Assembly (NCBI GenBank): GCA_946409545.1
Contig: CAMJWT010000001.1
Span: forward strand, 71,483 to 135,482
Length of the DNA stretch: 64,000 nucleotides
From: an uncultured Clostridia bacterium
Lineage (GTDB): Bacteria; Bacillota_I; Bacilli_A; RF39; UBA660
Direction of reading: 5' to 3'
The translations under genes and the position numbers were made by a program. Every line of letters begins with the position of its first letter. Position 1 is the stretch's first letter. Below are positions 7,578-17,386 of the stretch, piece after piece. Below the pieces are notes generated by a model. That model was not told the DNA's origin. It searched no databases and was given only the letters and a program-made list of their open reading frames with translations.

Positions 7578-9780
7578 AGTAGTTGCTATTAATTATCCCG
7601 CTTTTAATACAAGAGTTAAAACTAATAAAAGACAAGTTATTAAGCAGTTAGAGAAAAAAGTTGAAGAAGGAAAACTAGATATGTTAAAAGCATCATTAAG
7701 AGAGAAAAGTATTACTTTTAATGATGAAATAACTGATTATTATCAATTTGTTGATTCTCTTCAAAGTTTAACAGGACCAGATTTAATAATTGCCAATAAA
7801 TTAGTTAATAACATAAATCGTGAAGTTGATCGTATGATTTTATCATTAAAAGATGGTTCAACTAGTGCTTTTACTAAGTTTTTACAAACAGTTAATGATA
7901 AAGTATTAAGTCCTGTTGGAAATGTTGTTACGAATTCTCTTGCGATGAATACTGTTCTTAGTTTAATACCATCAATTCCTGTTAAAATGGGTGTTTCTAT
8001 TTTGTTAACAGGTATGTCTTTAACTAATATTTATAAGGTTGATAAGTATAAAATGGTTACCAATCGAACTTATGAATTAGATAAAGTATTACAAGAATTA
8101 GAAACAACAATTGATAAAGATGGTAATATTATCGATACTAGATTTAGTGAAAATGATCAAACCATTATTCGAAGTTTTTTAAAAACGAATAATGTTATAT
8201 ATGAAGATACAGGATATCTTTCTTTAAGAGAAGCGGTTTATAGTTTATCAGTTGAACAAAAAGAAGAATTATGTCGAAAACTTGATATGAATAAAGAGCA
8301 AGAGGAGCGAATTGAAAAATTAAACGATAATCTATTTACAAGAATAAGAAAAAAAGTTATAACTCCTATTGCTGTTGCTACAACCGGAGGAGTAGGTTTA
8401 GCAACGTCTATTAATTCTATTGATCCAACCCTTTTAGCAGCCCCTCTTAATGGTACACTAGTAGGAACAATTGTATCAAAATTAACCGAAAGTAAAGTAA
8501 TTGGATGGGTATCAGGAGCTATTACAGGATGCTTAAACTTTGTTGGTAAGTTTATACCTGCTATAAGTAGTTTAGTTAATAAAGTATCAGCTATAGAAAA
8601 CGTTGCAGTTCTTGCTGTAGCTGGAGCAGGTGTAGGTCTATTAGGTGTAATAGGTAAAGGCATCTATAATGCGATAAAGAATAGGAAGAATATCTTTAAT
8701 ACGCAAAAACTTCAAAAGAAATTGGCAGATAAAGATCAAGAACTATATGGAGAAAAAGATATTGAAGAAATAAGTAGAATGCGTGAGATTCTAAAAGAAA
8801 GATCTCATAAAGAAGAAACCTTTATCATTAGTATCGTATGTCAATATATGAATGAAATAGGTGTTGAATATGAAAAAGCGCCTCATAATTTACAAGAACT
8901 ACAAGAATTAATAAATGGTTTATCAAATAAAGAGAAGAGACAAATTAGAAAATTATTTGAATCATTAGAAGAATTTTTACATAGAGAACCAAATAAATTT
9001 AAAAGGTGTATGAAAAAAGCTGGTAAATTTATTAAAACGGTTGTAACTTTAGGTCTTGCTGGAATGAGTGTTACTAATATTCTTACAAGTGGTGGATTCT
9101 TTGCAATGATTAAAGAAAAGTTATTTGGTGTAGAACCGGTAGTAAAACCAGAATATTTATCGTTTGATGATTCAAAAGGAAGAGCAGCTTATGAAAGTGA
9201 ATATGGTGAGGTTATTAATGAAGTAGTAGAAACACCGATGGCAAACCCAGAACCTCAACCAGGACCTGCCCCAGTAACACCAACCCCAACGCCTACTCCA
9301 ACACCGACACCAGGTCCATCAGTAAATATGACACCAGAAACTCCAGTAACGACACCTAAACCAAAATATGTTTGTGGAAGATTACCAAAGTTAAATTATA
9401 ATTTACAGGATGTTTGCTTGGGAACAACTAACGTTGACTTATCTTCACTTCCTGATGATGAATTGTTATCATTAATTGTTAATTCACCTGATTATCGATA
9501 TACAGCACATATTTTAGAGGTAATGGATAAGGATACTTTCTTAAGATTTAAGACTTTAATTGAAAACAGTCCTAAAATAAATCGTAATGGTTGTTTAAGT
9601 TATCAATGGGTAAAAGATTGTTTGAATGCTCGAATAAATACTGAAAATCAAGTTATTAAAAATGCTATTGATGCTTATAATGCTAAAGTAAATTTAGATG
9701 ATATAACTAACAAGGTTGGTACAGGTATTGGTATAGCAGCCGCTATAACTGAAGAAGAAAAACAAGTTAAAACAAGATAA
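7570..9780 (+). CDS. Large hypothetical membrane protein with Gly-rich amphipathic/TM segments, a Pro-Thr linker and a Cys-containing C-terminal domain
   Basis: Roughly 736 aa from the ATG at 7570. Has several hydrophobic Gly-rich stretches ('AVATTGGVGLATSI', 'AVLAVAGAGVGLLGVIGKG'). Has a 'PTPTPTPTPTPGP' linker and a C-terminal domain carrying CGRLP...C...C...C. Confidence 0.5.
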   Translation: MSEVVAINYPAFNTRVKTNKRQVIKQLEKKVEEGKLDMLKASLREKSITFNDEITDYYQFVDSLQSLTGPDLIIANKLVNNINREVDRMILSLKDGSTSAFTKFLQTVNDKVLSPVGNVVTNSLAMNTVLSLIPSIPVKMGVSILLTGMSLTNIYKVDKYKMVTNRTYELDKVLQELETTIDKDGNIIDTRFSENDQTIIRSFLKTNNVIYEDTGYLSLREAVYSLSVEQKEELCRKLDMNKEQEERIEKLNDNLFTRIRKKVITPIAVATTGGVGLATSINSIDPTLLAAPLNGTLVGTIVSKLTESKVIGWVSGAITGCLNFVGKFIPAISSLVNKVSAIENVAVLAVAGAGVGLLGVIGKGIYNAIKNRKNIFNTQKLQKKLADKDQELYGEKDIEEISRMREILKERSHKEETFIISIVCQYMNEIGVEYEKAPHNLQELQELINGLSNKEKRQIRKLFESLEEFLHREPNKFKRCMKKAGKFIKTVVTLGLAGMSVTNILTSGGFFAMIKEKLFGVEPVVKPEYLSFDDSKGRAAYESEYGEVINEVVETPMANPEPQPGPAPVTPTPTPTPTPTPGPSVNMTPETPVTTPKPKYVCGRLPKLNYNLQDVCLGTTNVDLSSLPDDELLSLIVNSPDYRYTAHILEVMDKDTFLRFKTLIENSPKINRNGCLSYQWVKDCLNARINTENQVIKNAIDAYNAKVNLDDITNKVGTGIGIAAAITEEEKQVKTR

Positions 9781-9804
9781 GACTTATTTAATAAGTCTTT
9801 TTTG
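9781..9804 (+). terminator. rho-independent terminator
   Basis: gacttatt-ta-aataagtc followed by T6. Confidence 0.5.
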
Positions 9805-9855
9805 TTGGAAAAATAAAGCTTTTGTTATATAATACGAAAGTGAAGTGGTGATATT

Positions 9856-10695
9856 ATGAACAGAGTATTTTTAGATTTAGGCTTTATAAAAATATATTGG
9901 TATTCAATTATGATTTTAACAGGAGCCATTTTAGGTATTTTTCTTGTATATAAAGAATTTAAAAGATTAAAGTTTGATACTAAAGGATTAGATAATATGG
10001 CTTTTTATACCATTCTTTTTGGTCTTTTAGGAGCAAGAATTTGGTATGTATTATTTAATCTATCAGAATATAAAAATAATTTATTAGAAGTATTTGCTGT
10101 TTGGAATGGTGGACTTGCTATTCATGGAGCTATCTTTGGTGGCTTAACATTTTTATATTTTTATTGTAAGAAGAAAAATATTCATTTCTTAAAAATAGCG
10201 GATGTTGTTATGCCTGCTGTATTAATAGGACAAATCGTAGGTAGATGGGGTAATTTCTTTAATCAAGAAGCTCATGGTGGAGAAGTAACAAGAGCCTTTC
10301 TTGAGAAGTTATGTATTCCGGATTTTATAATTAAAGGTATGTTTATAAGAGGCAAATACTATCATCCAACATTTTTCTATGAATCGATTTTTAATTTGTT
10401 ATTATTACTTTTTATCGTTGTATTTAGAAGATATAAAAAAGTTAAAGAAGGTATGATTTTCTCTATATATTTAATGGGATATGGAATACTAAGATTCTTT
10501 ATTGAAAGTATGAGAACAGATAGTTTGATGCTAGGAAGTATTCGTGTTGCTCAAGTTGTATCTATTGCTTTCTTTATAAGTGGTTTAGTATTAATGATTA
10601 TATCTATTAAAAAACATGATGATTATAATAAAATAGAAGAAAAAGAAGAAACAAAGAAGAAAAACATAAAGAAAAAGAGTAAGAAGGTGAAATAA
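9856..10695 (+). CDS. lgt: Prolipoprotein diacylglyceryl transferase
   Basis: Has the Lgt signature 'GRWGNFFNQEAHGG', multiple TM helices and a Lys-rich tail. Confidence 0.9.
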   Translation: MNRVFLDLGFIKIYWYSIMILTGAILGIFLVYKEFKRLKFDTKGLDNMAFYTILFGLLGARIWYVLFNLSEYKNNLLEVFAVWNGGLAIHGAIFGGLTFLYFYCKKKNIHFLKIADVVMPAVLIGQIVGRWGNFFNQEAHGGEVTRAFLEKLCIPDFIIKGMFIRGKYYHPTFFYESIFNLLLLLFIVVFRRYKKVKEGMIFSIYLMGYGILRFFIESMRTDSLMLGSIRVAQVVSIAFFISGLVLMIISIKKHDDYNKIEEKEETKKKNIKKKSKKVK

Positions 10696-11630
10696 TGCTT
10701 TCTTTCACAATGAATGTTAAAAATGAATTATCATTACAAGATAATGAACGTAACATGGAAATGATTGAACTTTCTGCTTTTATAAGAAATAATGGCAAAT
10801 ATGAAGATAATAAAATAATTCTTAGTACCGAAAATAATAAAGTTGCTAAACATATTTATATATTAATTAAGAAAATGTTTAATGTTGTAGCTAATATTAT
10901 TGATAAAAATAATTCTTTTAATCGAAGTAGATTACTTTTAATAGAAATAAATCAAAAAGTAGAAAATATATTAAAAGATTTATATGTACTATCGGAAGAT
11001 AATAAATATTTATCAAATGTTCCTGATTTTTTTGTTGATAATGAAGATGATAAAAGAGCATATCTACGTGGAGTTTTTCTTGCAACAGGTAGTGTTAATG
11101 ATCCCAAAACAAGTCGATATCATTTAGAATTCTTTATAAATGATGAAGAGGAAGCAAAATATATATCGAGTTTATTAAATGAATTTTATTTAAACAGTAA
11201 GATTATTAAAAAAGAGAAAAAATATATGGTCTATGTTAAAGAGGCCGAAAAAATAGGTGATTTCTTACGAGTTATTAATGCCCCACAAGCTGTAATGTAT
11301 TATGAAGATATAAGAATATATCGTGATCATAAAAATATGACTAATCGTCTTAATAATATGGAACAAGCTAATATTGAGAGAATCATTAATACTTGTAATG
11401 AACAAATCGAAGATATTCACTTGATTCTTGATACTTTAGGTGAACAGTTTTTAGATGAAAAAACATTAGAAGCTGCTACTTATCGATTAAAGTATCCAGA
11501 ATCTTCTCTACAAGAGTTGAGTGATATTATGGAGTATGAGACGGATAAACCGATTACCAAATCGGGATTAAATCATCGTTTTCGTAAAATTAAAGAAATT
11601 GCTAATAGAATAAGGAGTGAGAAAAAATGA
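10695..11630 (+). CDS. whiA: DNA-binding protein WhiA
   Basis: Has 'YLRGVFLATGSVNDPKTSRYHLEF', typical of the WhiA LAGLIDADG-like domain, plus a C-terminal HTH. TAATG overlap with lgt. Confidence 0.8.
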   Translation: MLSFTMNVKNELSLQDNERNMEMIELSAFIRNNGKYEDNKIILSTENNKVAKHIYILIKKMFNVVANIIDKNNSFNRSRLLLIEINQKVENILKDLYVLSEDNKYLSNVPDFFVDNEDDKRAYLRGVFLATGSVNDPKTSRYHLEFFINDEEEAKYISSLLNEFYLNSKIIKKEKKYMVYVKEAEKIGDFLRVINAPQAVMYYEDIRIYRDHKNMTNRLNNMEQANIERIINTCNEQIEDIHLILDTLGEQFLDEKTLEAATYRLKYPESSLQELSDIMEYETDKPITKSGLNHRFRKIKEIANRIRSEKK

Positions 11631-12160
11631 AATATTTTAAAAAAATGGAAGGTGAAAAAGTATATTTATCACCAATTAATTTAGATGATTATGAAACATA
11701 TGTTAAATGGTTAAATAACCCTGTTATAACCCAATTTTTAGATTGTAATGATAGTTTAATTACTTTATCAAATGAGCAAGAATTATTACCTAAGATTGCT
11801 AATGGTGAATTTACTTATGCAATTATAAAAAAAGAAGATGATACTCTTCTTGGTAATGTAGGATTGACAAAGATCGATTATAAAAATGGTAAAGCTTCAT
11901 TAGGAATTTTTATTGGTGAAGAAGAAAATCTATCTAAAGGATATGGTAGTGAAGCTATTAAGTTAATTCTAAATTTTGCTTTTAATGAAATAAGACTTCA
12001 TAGTGTTTATTTAACAGTATTTGCTAATAATCCTCGTGCTATTAAAGCTTATACAAAATGTGGTTTTCAAGAATTTGGAAGACGTCATGAAGCTATTTAT
12101 CATGATGGAAAATATCACGATTTAGTTTATATGGAAATAATTAATAAAAACTCTTTATAG
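11627..12160 (+). CDS. GNAT family N-acetyltransferase (RimJ/L-like)
   Basis: 177 aa with a GNAT fold pattern ('...GYGSEAIKLILNFAF...'). ATGA overlap with whiA. Confidence 0.65.
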   Translation: MKYFKKMEGEKVYLSPINLDDYETYVKWLNNPVITQFLDCNDSLITLSNEQELLPKIANGEFTYAIIKKEDDTLLGNVGLTKIDYKNGKASLGIFIGEEENLSKGYGSEAIKLILNFAFNEIRLHSVYLTVFANNPRAIKAYTKCGFQEFGRRHEAIYHDGKYHDLVYMEIINKNSL

Positions 12161-12170
12161 AGTTTTTTTT
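12147..12170 (+). terminator. rho-independent terminator
   Basis: aaaactct-ttat-agagtttt followed by T8. Overlaps the GNAT stop codon. Confidence 0.45.
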
Positions 12171-12252
12171 GTAAACAAGAAAAAAACTTGGCTTAAAATA
12201 ACGTGTTTTTAAATGTTTATATGATATACTATAATAGAAGGATAGTGAGGGT

Positions 12253-13905
12253 ATGTTATCAGATAATATTTTAGTTAGTGTAAATAATATGGAAATAGAG
12301 GTTGCTAAAGGTACAACTCTTTTGGAAATAAGTAAAATGTTTAGTAACTCTGGAAGACCAAGTATAATTGCTAAAGTTAATGGTCATTATGTAGAATTAA
12401 ATGAAGTGGCTTTACCTAATAGCAATATTGAGTTTTGTGATGTAACACATTATTATGCTAATAGAGTTTATGCTAATGGTTTGATATATTTAATTAATTA
12501 TGCATTTAATGAACTATATAATGGTAAAAATACAATTGTTGTTAAACATTCTGTAGATCGTTCATTATGTATTGAAACGACTAGTAAAATTACTAAAGAA
12601 GATATAAAAAAGGTAGAAGAGAAGATGAAATCAATTGTTGATGCTAATCTTCCTATTACGAAAGTAACAGTATTAAAAAGAGAAGCAATTGATTATTTTA
12701 CAAAAACTCATGATTTATCAAAAGTTAAATTATTGAAATTTGTTTCTAAATCTTATGTTCATTTATATAAAATGGGTAATATGTATAATATGATTTATAG
12801 CAAAATGCCTGCTGAAACTTCATGTTTAAACGAATTTTCATTAACATATTTAGATGATAGTGAATTTGTATTAAGTTATCCAAATATTTATACAAATAAT
12901 AATATTCATAAATATGTTCATCATGAAAAATTCTTTGAAGTATTCCGCGATGAAAAAGATTGGGGAAAATTAATGCATATTCAAACTTGTGCTGACTTAA
13001 ATGAGATTGTATCAAATGGTAATATGAAATATTTAATAAGTATGAGTGAAAATATTCAAAATAAGAAGTTGTTACAAATAGCAGAAGATATTGTTAAGAA
13101 TCATAAACAAGTAAAAATTGTTTTAATGGCAGGACCAAGTAGTAGTGGTAAGACAACAACTTGTTCTAAACTTTCAATGGCTTTAAAGTGTTATGGTGTT
13201 ACACCAAAAATGATTTCGATGGATAATTTCTTTGTAGAAAGAGTCGATACTCCAAAGAAAGAAAATGGTGAATATGATTTTGAATGTTTAGAGGCTGTTG
13301 ATTTAAAACTATTTAGTAAGACAATGAAGTCATTACTAGATGGCAAAGAAACGGCAATGCCTACATTTGATTTCTATTCTGGTGAAAAGAAATTTAAAAC
13401 AAAAATGAAACTACAAGATGATGATATCTTATTGATTGAAGGTATTCATGCCTTAAATCCAAAAGTATTAGCGGATATTGATGCTAATAAAAAGTTCAAG
13501 ATTTATTTATCACCATTAACAGCAGTTAATATAGATAGAGATAATCGAATTTTCTTAACAGATAATAGATTGCTTCGTCGTATGATTAGAGATAATCGTA
13601 CAAGAGGATATACTCCTTCTGATACATTAAATATCTGGGATGATGTTCGTGCTGGTGAAGAGAAATATATCTTCCCATTCCAAGATGAAGCAGATGTTGT
13701 CTTTAACACATCGTTAATATATGAATTTTGTATTTTAAAAACATATGTATTACCATTATTATTCTCGGTAAAAATGGATGATCCAAATTATGATGAAGCT
13801 GTAAGACTTATGAAGGTATTAGATTTATTCTTACCAATGACAAGCGAAGCCATTCCGGCAGATTCAATATTAAGAGAATTTATAGGAAATAGTTATTTTG
13901 AATAG
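12253..13905 (+). CDS. Uridine kinase-family nucleoside kinase with an N-terminal TGS-like domain
   Basis: P-loop 'MAGPSSSGKTTT' sits in the C-terminal half. The N-terminal ~60 aa has a TGS/ubiquitin-like pattern. 550 aa. Confidence 0.65.
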   Translation: MLSDNILVSVNNMEIEVAKGTTLLEISKMFSNSGRPSIIAKVNGHYVELNEVALPNSNIEFCDVTHYYANRVYANGLIYLINYAFNELYNGKNTIVVKHSVDRSLCIETTSKITKEDIKKVEEKMKSIVDANLPITKVTVLKREAIDYFTKTHDLSKVKLLKFVSKSYVHLYKMGNMYNMIYSKMPAETSCLNEFSLTYLDDSEFVLSYPNIYTNNNIHKYVHHEKFFEVFRDEKDWGKLMHIQTCADLNEIVSNGNMKYLISMSENIQNKKLLQIAEDIVKNHKQVKIVLMAGPSSSGKTTTCSKLSMALKCYGVTPKMISMDNFFVERVDTPKKENGEYDFECLEAVDLKLFSKTMKSLLDGKETAMPTFDFYSGEKKFKTKMKLQDDDILLIEGIHALNPKVLADIDANKKFKIYLSPLTAVNIDRDNRIFLTDNRLLRRMIRDNRTRGYTPSDTLNIWDDVRAGEEKYIFPFQDEADVVFNTSLIYEFCILKTYVLPLLFSVKMDDPNYDEAVRLMKVLDLFLPMTSEAIPADSILREFIGNSYFE

Positions 13906-13914
13906 GAGGTATTT

Positions 13915-14916
13915 ATGAGAGTAGCGATAAATGGTTTTGGAAGAATAGGTAGATTAGTTTATAGATTGATGGATAATGATCCAACATTAGAGGTTGTAGC
14001 AATTAACGATTTAACGGATGCTGAACAACTTGCATATTTATTAAAATATGATACAAATCATCGTAATTATCGTATTGATGATATTAGTTTCGATGATGAA
14101 AATTTAATTGTTGGTGGTAAAAAAATAAGAGTTTATGCTGAAAAAGATCCAGCTATGTTGCCATGGGCAGAACTTGGTATTGATGTAGTATTTGAATGTA
14201 CCGGATTATTTACTGACGTAGAAAAAGCTTCTGCACATATTAATGCTGGTGCTAAAAGAGTAATCATTTCTGCACCTGCTAAAGGAGAAGCTAAAACGGT
14301 TGTATATAACGTAAATCATAATATTTTAGATGGTACTGAAAAGATTATATCAGCAGCAAGTTGTACAACAAACTGTCTTGCTCCAGTACTTAAAGTAATT
14401 GAAGATAATATTGGTATTACTAAAGGATATATGACAACAGTTCATGCTTATACCAATGATCAAGCAACTCTTGATGTTGCTCATAAAAAAGGTATTAAAG
14501 CAAGACGAGGAAGAGCATGTGGAGCAAACATTGTTCCAGCGTCTACTGGTGCTGCATCAGCGATTGGTCTTGTTATTCCATCACTTAAAGGGAAATTAGA
14601 TGGTAGTGCTATGCGTGTTCCTGTTCCAACAGGAAGTGTTATTGATTTAACTCTTGAATTAAATCGTAATACATCGGTTGAAGAAATTAATAATTTATTT
14701 ATAAATAATCAAAATGAAACGTTAAAGTTTACAATGGATCCAATTGTATCAAGTGATGTTATTGGATCACATTATGGAGCTGTCGTTGATGGATTATGTA
14801 CTAATGTTCTAGAAGTAGATGGCAAGCAATTAGTTAAAATTGTTGCTTGGTATGATAACGAAATGGGATATAGTACACAAATGGTTAGAACCGCACGTTT
14901 CTTAGTAAGTAGGTAA
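13915..14916 (+). CDS. gap: Glyceraldehyde-3-phosphate dehydrogenase
   Basis: Has 'INGFGRIGRLV' and 'ASCTTNCLAP', the GAPDH NAD-binding and active-site motifs. AGGAGG RBS lies inside the end of the upstream gene. Confidence 0.95.
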   Translation: MRVAINGFGRIGRLVYRLMDNDPTLEVVAINDLTDAEQLAYLLKYDTNHRNYRIDDISFDDENLIVGGKKIRVYAEKDPAMLPWAELGIDVVFECTGLFTDVEKASAHINAGAKRVIISAPAKGEAKTVVYNVNHNILDGTEKIISAASCTTNCLAPVLKVIEDNIGITKGYMTTVHAYTNDQATLDVAHKKGIKARRGRACGANIVPASTGAASAIGLVIPSLKGKLDGSAMRVPVPTGSVIDLTLELNRNTSVEEINNLFINNQNETLKFTMDPIVSSDVIGSHYGAVVDGLCTNVLEVDGKQLVKIVAWYDNEMGYSTQMVRTARFLVSR

Positions 14917-14920
14917 TATT

Positions 14921-15079
14921 ATGATAGAGTTTTTTAGAGATACCTTAGATGGAAGAGTCTATTTAGTTACAGCTGTAATTTGTGTCTTTCTTATCCTTGC
15001 ATGCATAGGTTATCTAGTAACTAAAAAAATTGAGGAAGATAAAAAGAAATTACTTGCTGTCCAACCTCCACAAATGTAG
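14921..15079 (+). CDS. Small single-TM protein (52 aa)
   Basis: ATG is 5 nt after the gap stop. 'VYLVTAVICVFLILACIGYLV' is a TM helix followed by a KK-rich stretch. Not in the ORF track because it is under 60 aa. Confidence 0.3.
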   Translation: MIEFFRDTLDGRVYLVTAVICVFLILACIGYLVTKKIEEDKKKLLAVQPPQM

Positions 15080-15082
15080 AAT

Positions 15083-15107
15083 AGTGATATTTTATATCAC
15101 TTTTTTA
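15083..15107 (+). terminator. rho-independent terminator
   Basis: agtgatat-ttt-atatcact followed by T6. Confidence 0.5.
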
Positions 15108-15171
15108 TTTGTAAAATTTTATTTTTTGTTATACTTATGATATAATTTCAATTAGAGAGTAAGGTGAAGAT

Positions 15172-15870
15172 ATGGGATTTATTGAATTTAATAATGTCTC
15201 TAAGCAATACAAAAATGGCGTTACAGCCTTATATGATTTAGATTTATCGATTGAAAAAGGTGACTTTGTCTTTATAATTGGTGGATCTGGAAGTGGTAAA
15301 AGTACGTTAATAAAATTGTTATATAGAGAAGAAAAACCAACTAAAGGTATCATTAAAGTTGGTGGAATAAATGTATCTAAATTAAGAAATAGAAATGTAT
15401 ATAAATTAAGAAGAAAACTTGGTATTGTTTTCCAAGATTATCGATTATTACCAAAATTAACAGTATATGAAAATGTTTCTTTTGCTTTGGAAGCTATTGG
15501 TGAAAAGAAAAGTAATATAAGACCTAAAGTTTTAAAGGCATTAGAACTTGTTGGATTAAAAAATAAAGTAAGAGAATATCCTGATAATTTAGCAGGTGGT
15601 GAGCAACAAAGGGTAGCGATTGCAAGAGCAATTGTTAATGAACCTCCATTACTAATATGTGATGAACCAACAGGTAACCTTGATCCAACAAGAAGTTTAG
15701 AAATCGTTAAATTAATTGAAGAAATTAATAAAAAAGTTGGAACAACAGTTCTTATGGTTACTCATGATGAGGTAATTGTTAATAAAATGAAGAAACATGT
15801 TATTGCCCTTAAAGATGGACATTTATACAAAGATTACAAGAAAGGGGAGTATGTAAATGAAGTTCTTTAG
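15172..15870 (+). CDS. ftsE: Cell division ATP-binding protein FtsE
   Basis: Has Walker A 'GGSGSGKST', the ABC signature 'LAGGEQQRVAIARA' and Walker B. Followed by ftsX. Confidence 0.9.
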   Translation: MGFIEFNNVSKQYKNGVTALYDLDLSIEKGDFVFIIGGSGSGKSTLIKLLYREEKPTKGIIKVGGINVSKLRNRNVYKLRRKLGIVFQDYRLLPKLTVYENVSFALEAIGEKKSNIRPKVLKALELVGLKNKVREYPDNLAGGEQQRVAIARAIVNEPPLLICDEPTGNLDPTRSLEIVKLIEEINKKVGTTVLMVTHDEVIVNKMKKHVIALKDGHLYKDYKKGEYVNEVL

Positions 15871-16765
15871 AATATTTGCTAGAAGTTTTCGTGATTCCCT
15901 TAAAAGTATAGGACGTAACTTTTCTTTGTCTATCGCATCAATTACTTGTGTAATGATAACTTTGATTATTGTAGGAGCAGCTTTATTATTAACATATAAT
16001 ATTGATAATGCTACTAATTCATTAAAAAATGATTTATCAATTGTCGTTTTTGTTAGTAATGAAGCAGACCAATTTGATATAACAACGATTGATACAAAGA
16101 TTAAAGGAATAAGTAATGTTGATACAAAAAATGTAACGTTAAAAACGAAAGCTGAAATCAAACAAGAAATGATGGAAAGTAATGATACTTTTAAAAACAT
16201 TATGGAAGATTGGGATGATGATGAGAATCCTCTTCAAAATGTATATATCGTAAAAGTTATTAATGCTGATAAAATTGAGAATACAGCTAAAGAGATCGAA
16301 AAAATAGAAAAAGTAGCTCAAGTTAAATATGGTGAAGGAACTGTAGGAACTTTATTATTGGCCTTTAATTCCATCAAAAAAGGCTCTTATATCGCTGTTG
16401 TGGCATTAATAGTAGTAACAGTCTTCCTAATTATAAATACTATTAAATTGACTATTTTCTCACGTAAGAGAGAAATATCAATTATGAGACTTGTTGGTGC
16501 AAGTAATTCATCAATAAAGATGCCATTTGTTTTTGAAGGAATGTTTTTAGGAATAATTGGTTCAATTGTACCTATAATATTAATGGTTTATACATATAAT
16601 TGGATATATGAAAACTTTAATGGTAAATTATTACTTGCTGATATCTTTAAAATAATTGAACCATCTAAAATACTATTTAATTCTTGCTTAATTATATTAG
16701 CTATTGGAACAGTTGTTGGTATGTTTGGTAGTTCAATGGCTGTAAGAAAATATTTAAAAGTATAA
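15857..16765 (+). CDS. ftsX: Cell division permease FtsX
   Basis: Four TM helices with a large extracellular loop. Directly downstream of and overlapping ftsE. Confidence 0.85.
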   Translation: MKFFRIFARSFRDSLKSIGRNFSLSIASITCVMITLIIVGAALLLTYNIDNATNSLKNDLSIVVFVSNEADQFDITTIDTKIKGISNVDTKNVTLKTKAEIKQEMMESNDTFKNIMEDWDDDENPLQNVYIVKVINADKIENTAKEIEKIEKVAQVKYGEGTVGTLLLAFNSIKKGSYIAVVALIVVTVFLIINTIKLTIFSRKREISIMRLVGASNSSIKMPFVFEGMFLGIIGSIVPIILMVYTYNWIYENFNGKLLLADIFKIIEPSKILFNSCLIILAIGTVVGMFGSSMAVRKYLKV

Positions 16766-16800
16766 TAAAAAAGATAAGTTTGAAACTTATCTTTTTTTAT
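16766..16800. terminator. bidirectional terminator between convergent ftsX (+) and the 16808 gene (-)
   Basis: A-tract, then stem aagataagt/acttatctt, then T-tract. Confidence 0.5.
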
Positions 16801-16807
16801 TTCTTAA

Positions 16808-17377
16808 TTAAAAACTAATTGATGCACTATTTGTTACATATGTTGCAAAATCAGCATCTGTTTTAATACTAAATGTTTGAGTAGATGTTGAAGGTGTATC
16901 ACCTAAATTATATCCAGTTACTCTTGTAGGATCTGCTGTATCACCATATACAGCAGTATATGTTCTAACTTCTTTTTTATAAGTTATTGTTGGATATCCT
17001 TCACCATCAACATTAGTTTCTGTTACAAAGTATTTAATTTGTTTAGTTGTATTATCATCTTCAATTTTACAAGGTGTATCAGATACTTTACTTGCTGCAT
17101 CTCTAGCCCAACCATCAAATTTTTGAGCTTTTGCAATCATATCATCATATTTTGCTTGCATTTTATCAAGTAAATCTGTTGATTTATCATTAATAGTAGT
17201 AATCATTGCAAGCCAACTATCTCTTGTTTCAGCGATAGATGAAAGATCACTATCATCGATTATTTTTTTATAAGTATCACTTATTGTTTTTATTGTTGTA
17301 TCAATATTTAATTTAGCTTCTTCAAGTGGCCTTTTAAAATTTGTTACAACTAATTCTTCATATGAAATTCTTGCCAT
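16808..17377 (-). CDS. Hypothetical protein with a helical N-terminal half and Thr/Tyr-rich C-terminal half
   Basis: 189 aa. Second gene of a minus-strand operon with 17387..18661 (10-nt spacing, GGAGG RBS). Confidence 0.45.
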   Translation of the reverse strand: MARISYEELVVTNFKRPLEEAKLNIDTTIKTISDTYKKIIDDSDLSSIAETRDSWLAMITTINDKSTDLLDKMQAKYDDMIAKAQKFDGWARDAASKVSDTPCKIEDDNTTKQIKYFVTETNVDGEGYPTITYKKEVRTYTAVYGDTADPTRVTGYNLGDTPSTSTQTFSIKTDADFATYVTNSASISF

Positions 17378-17386
17378 AACTACCTC

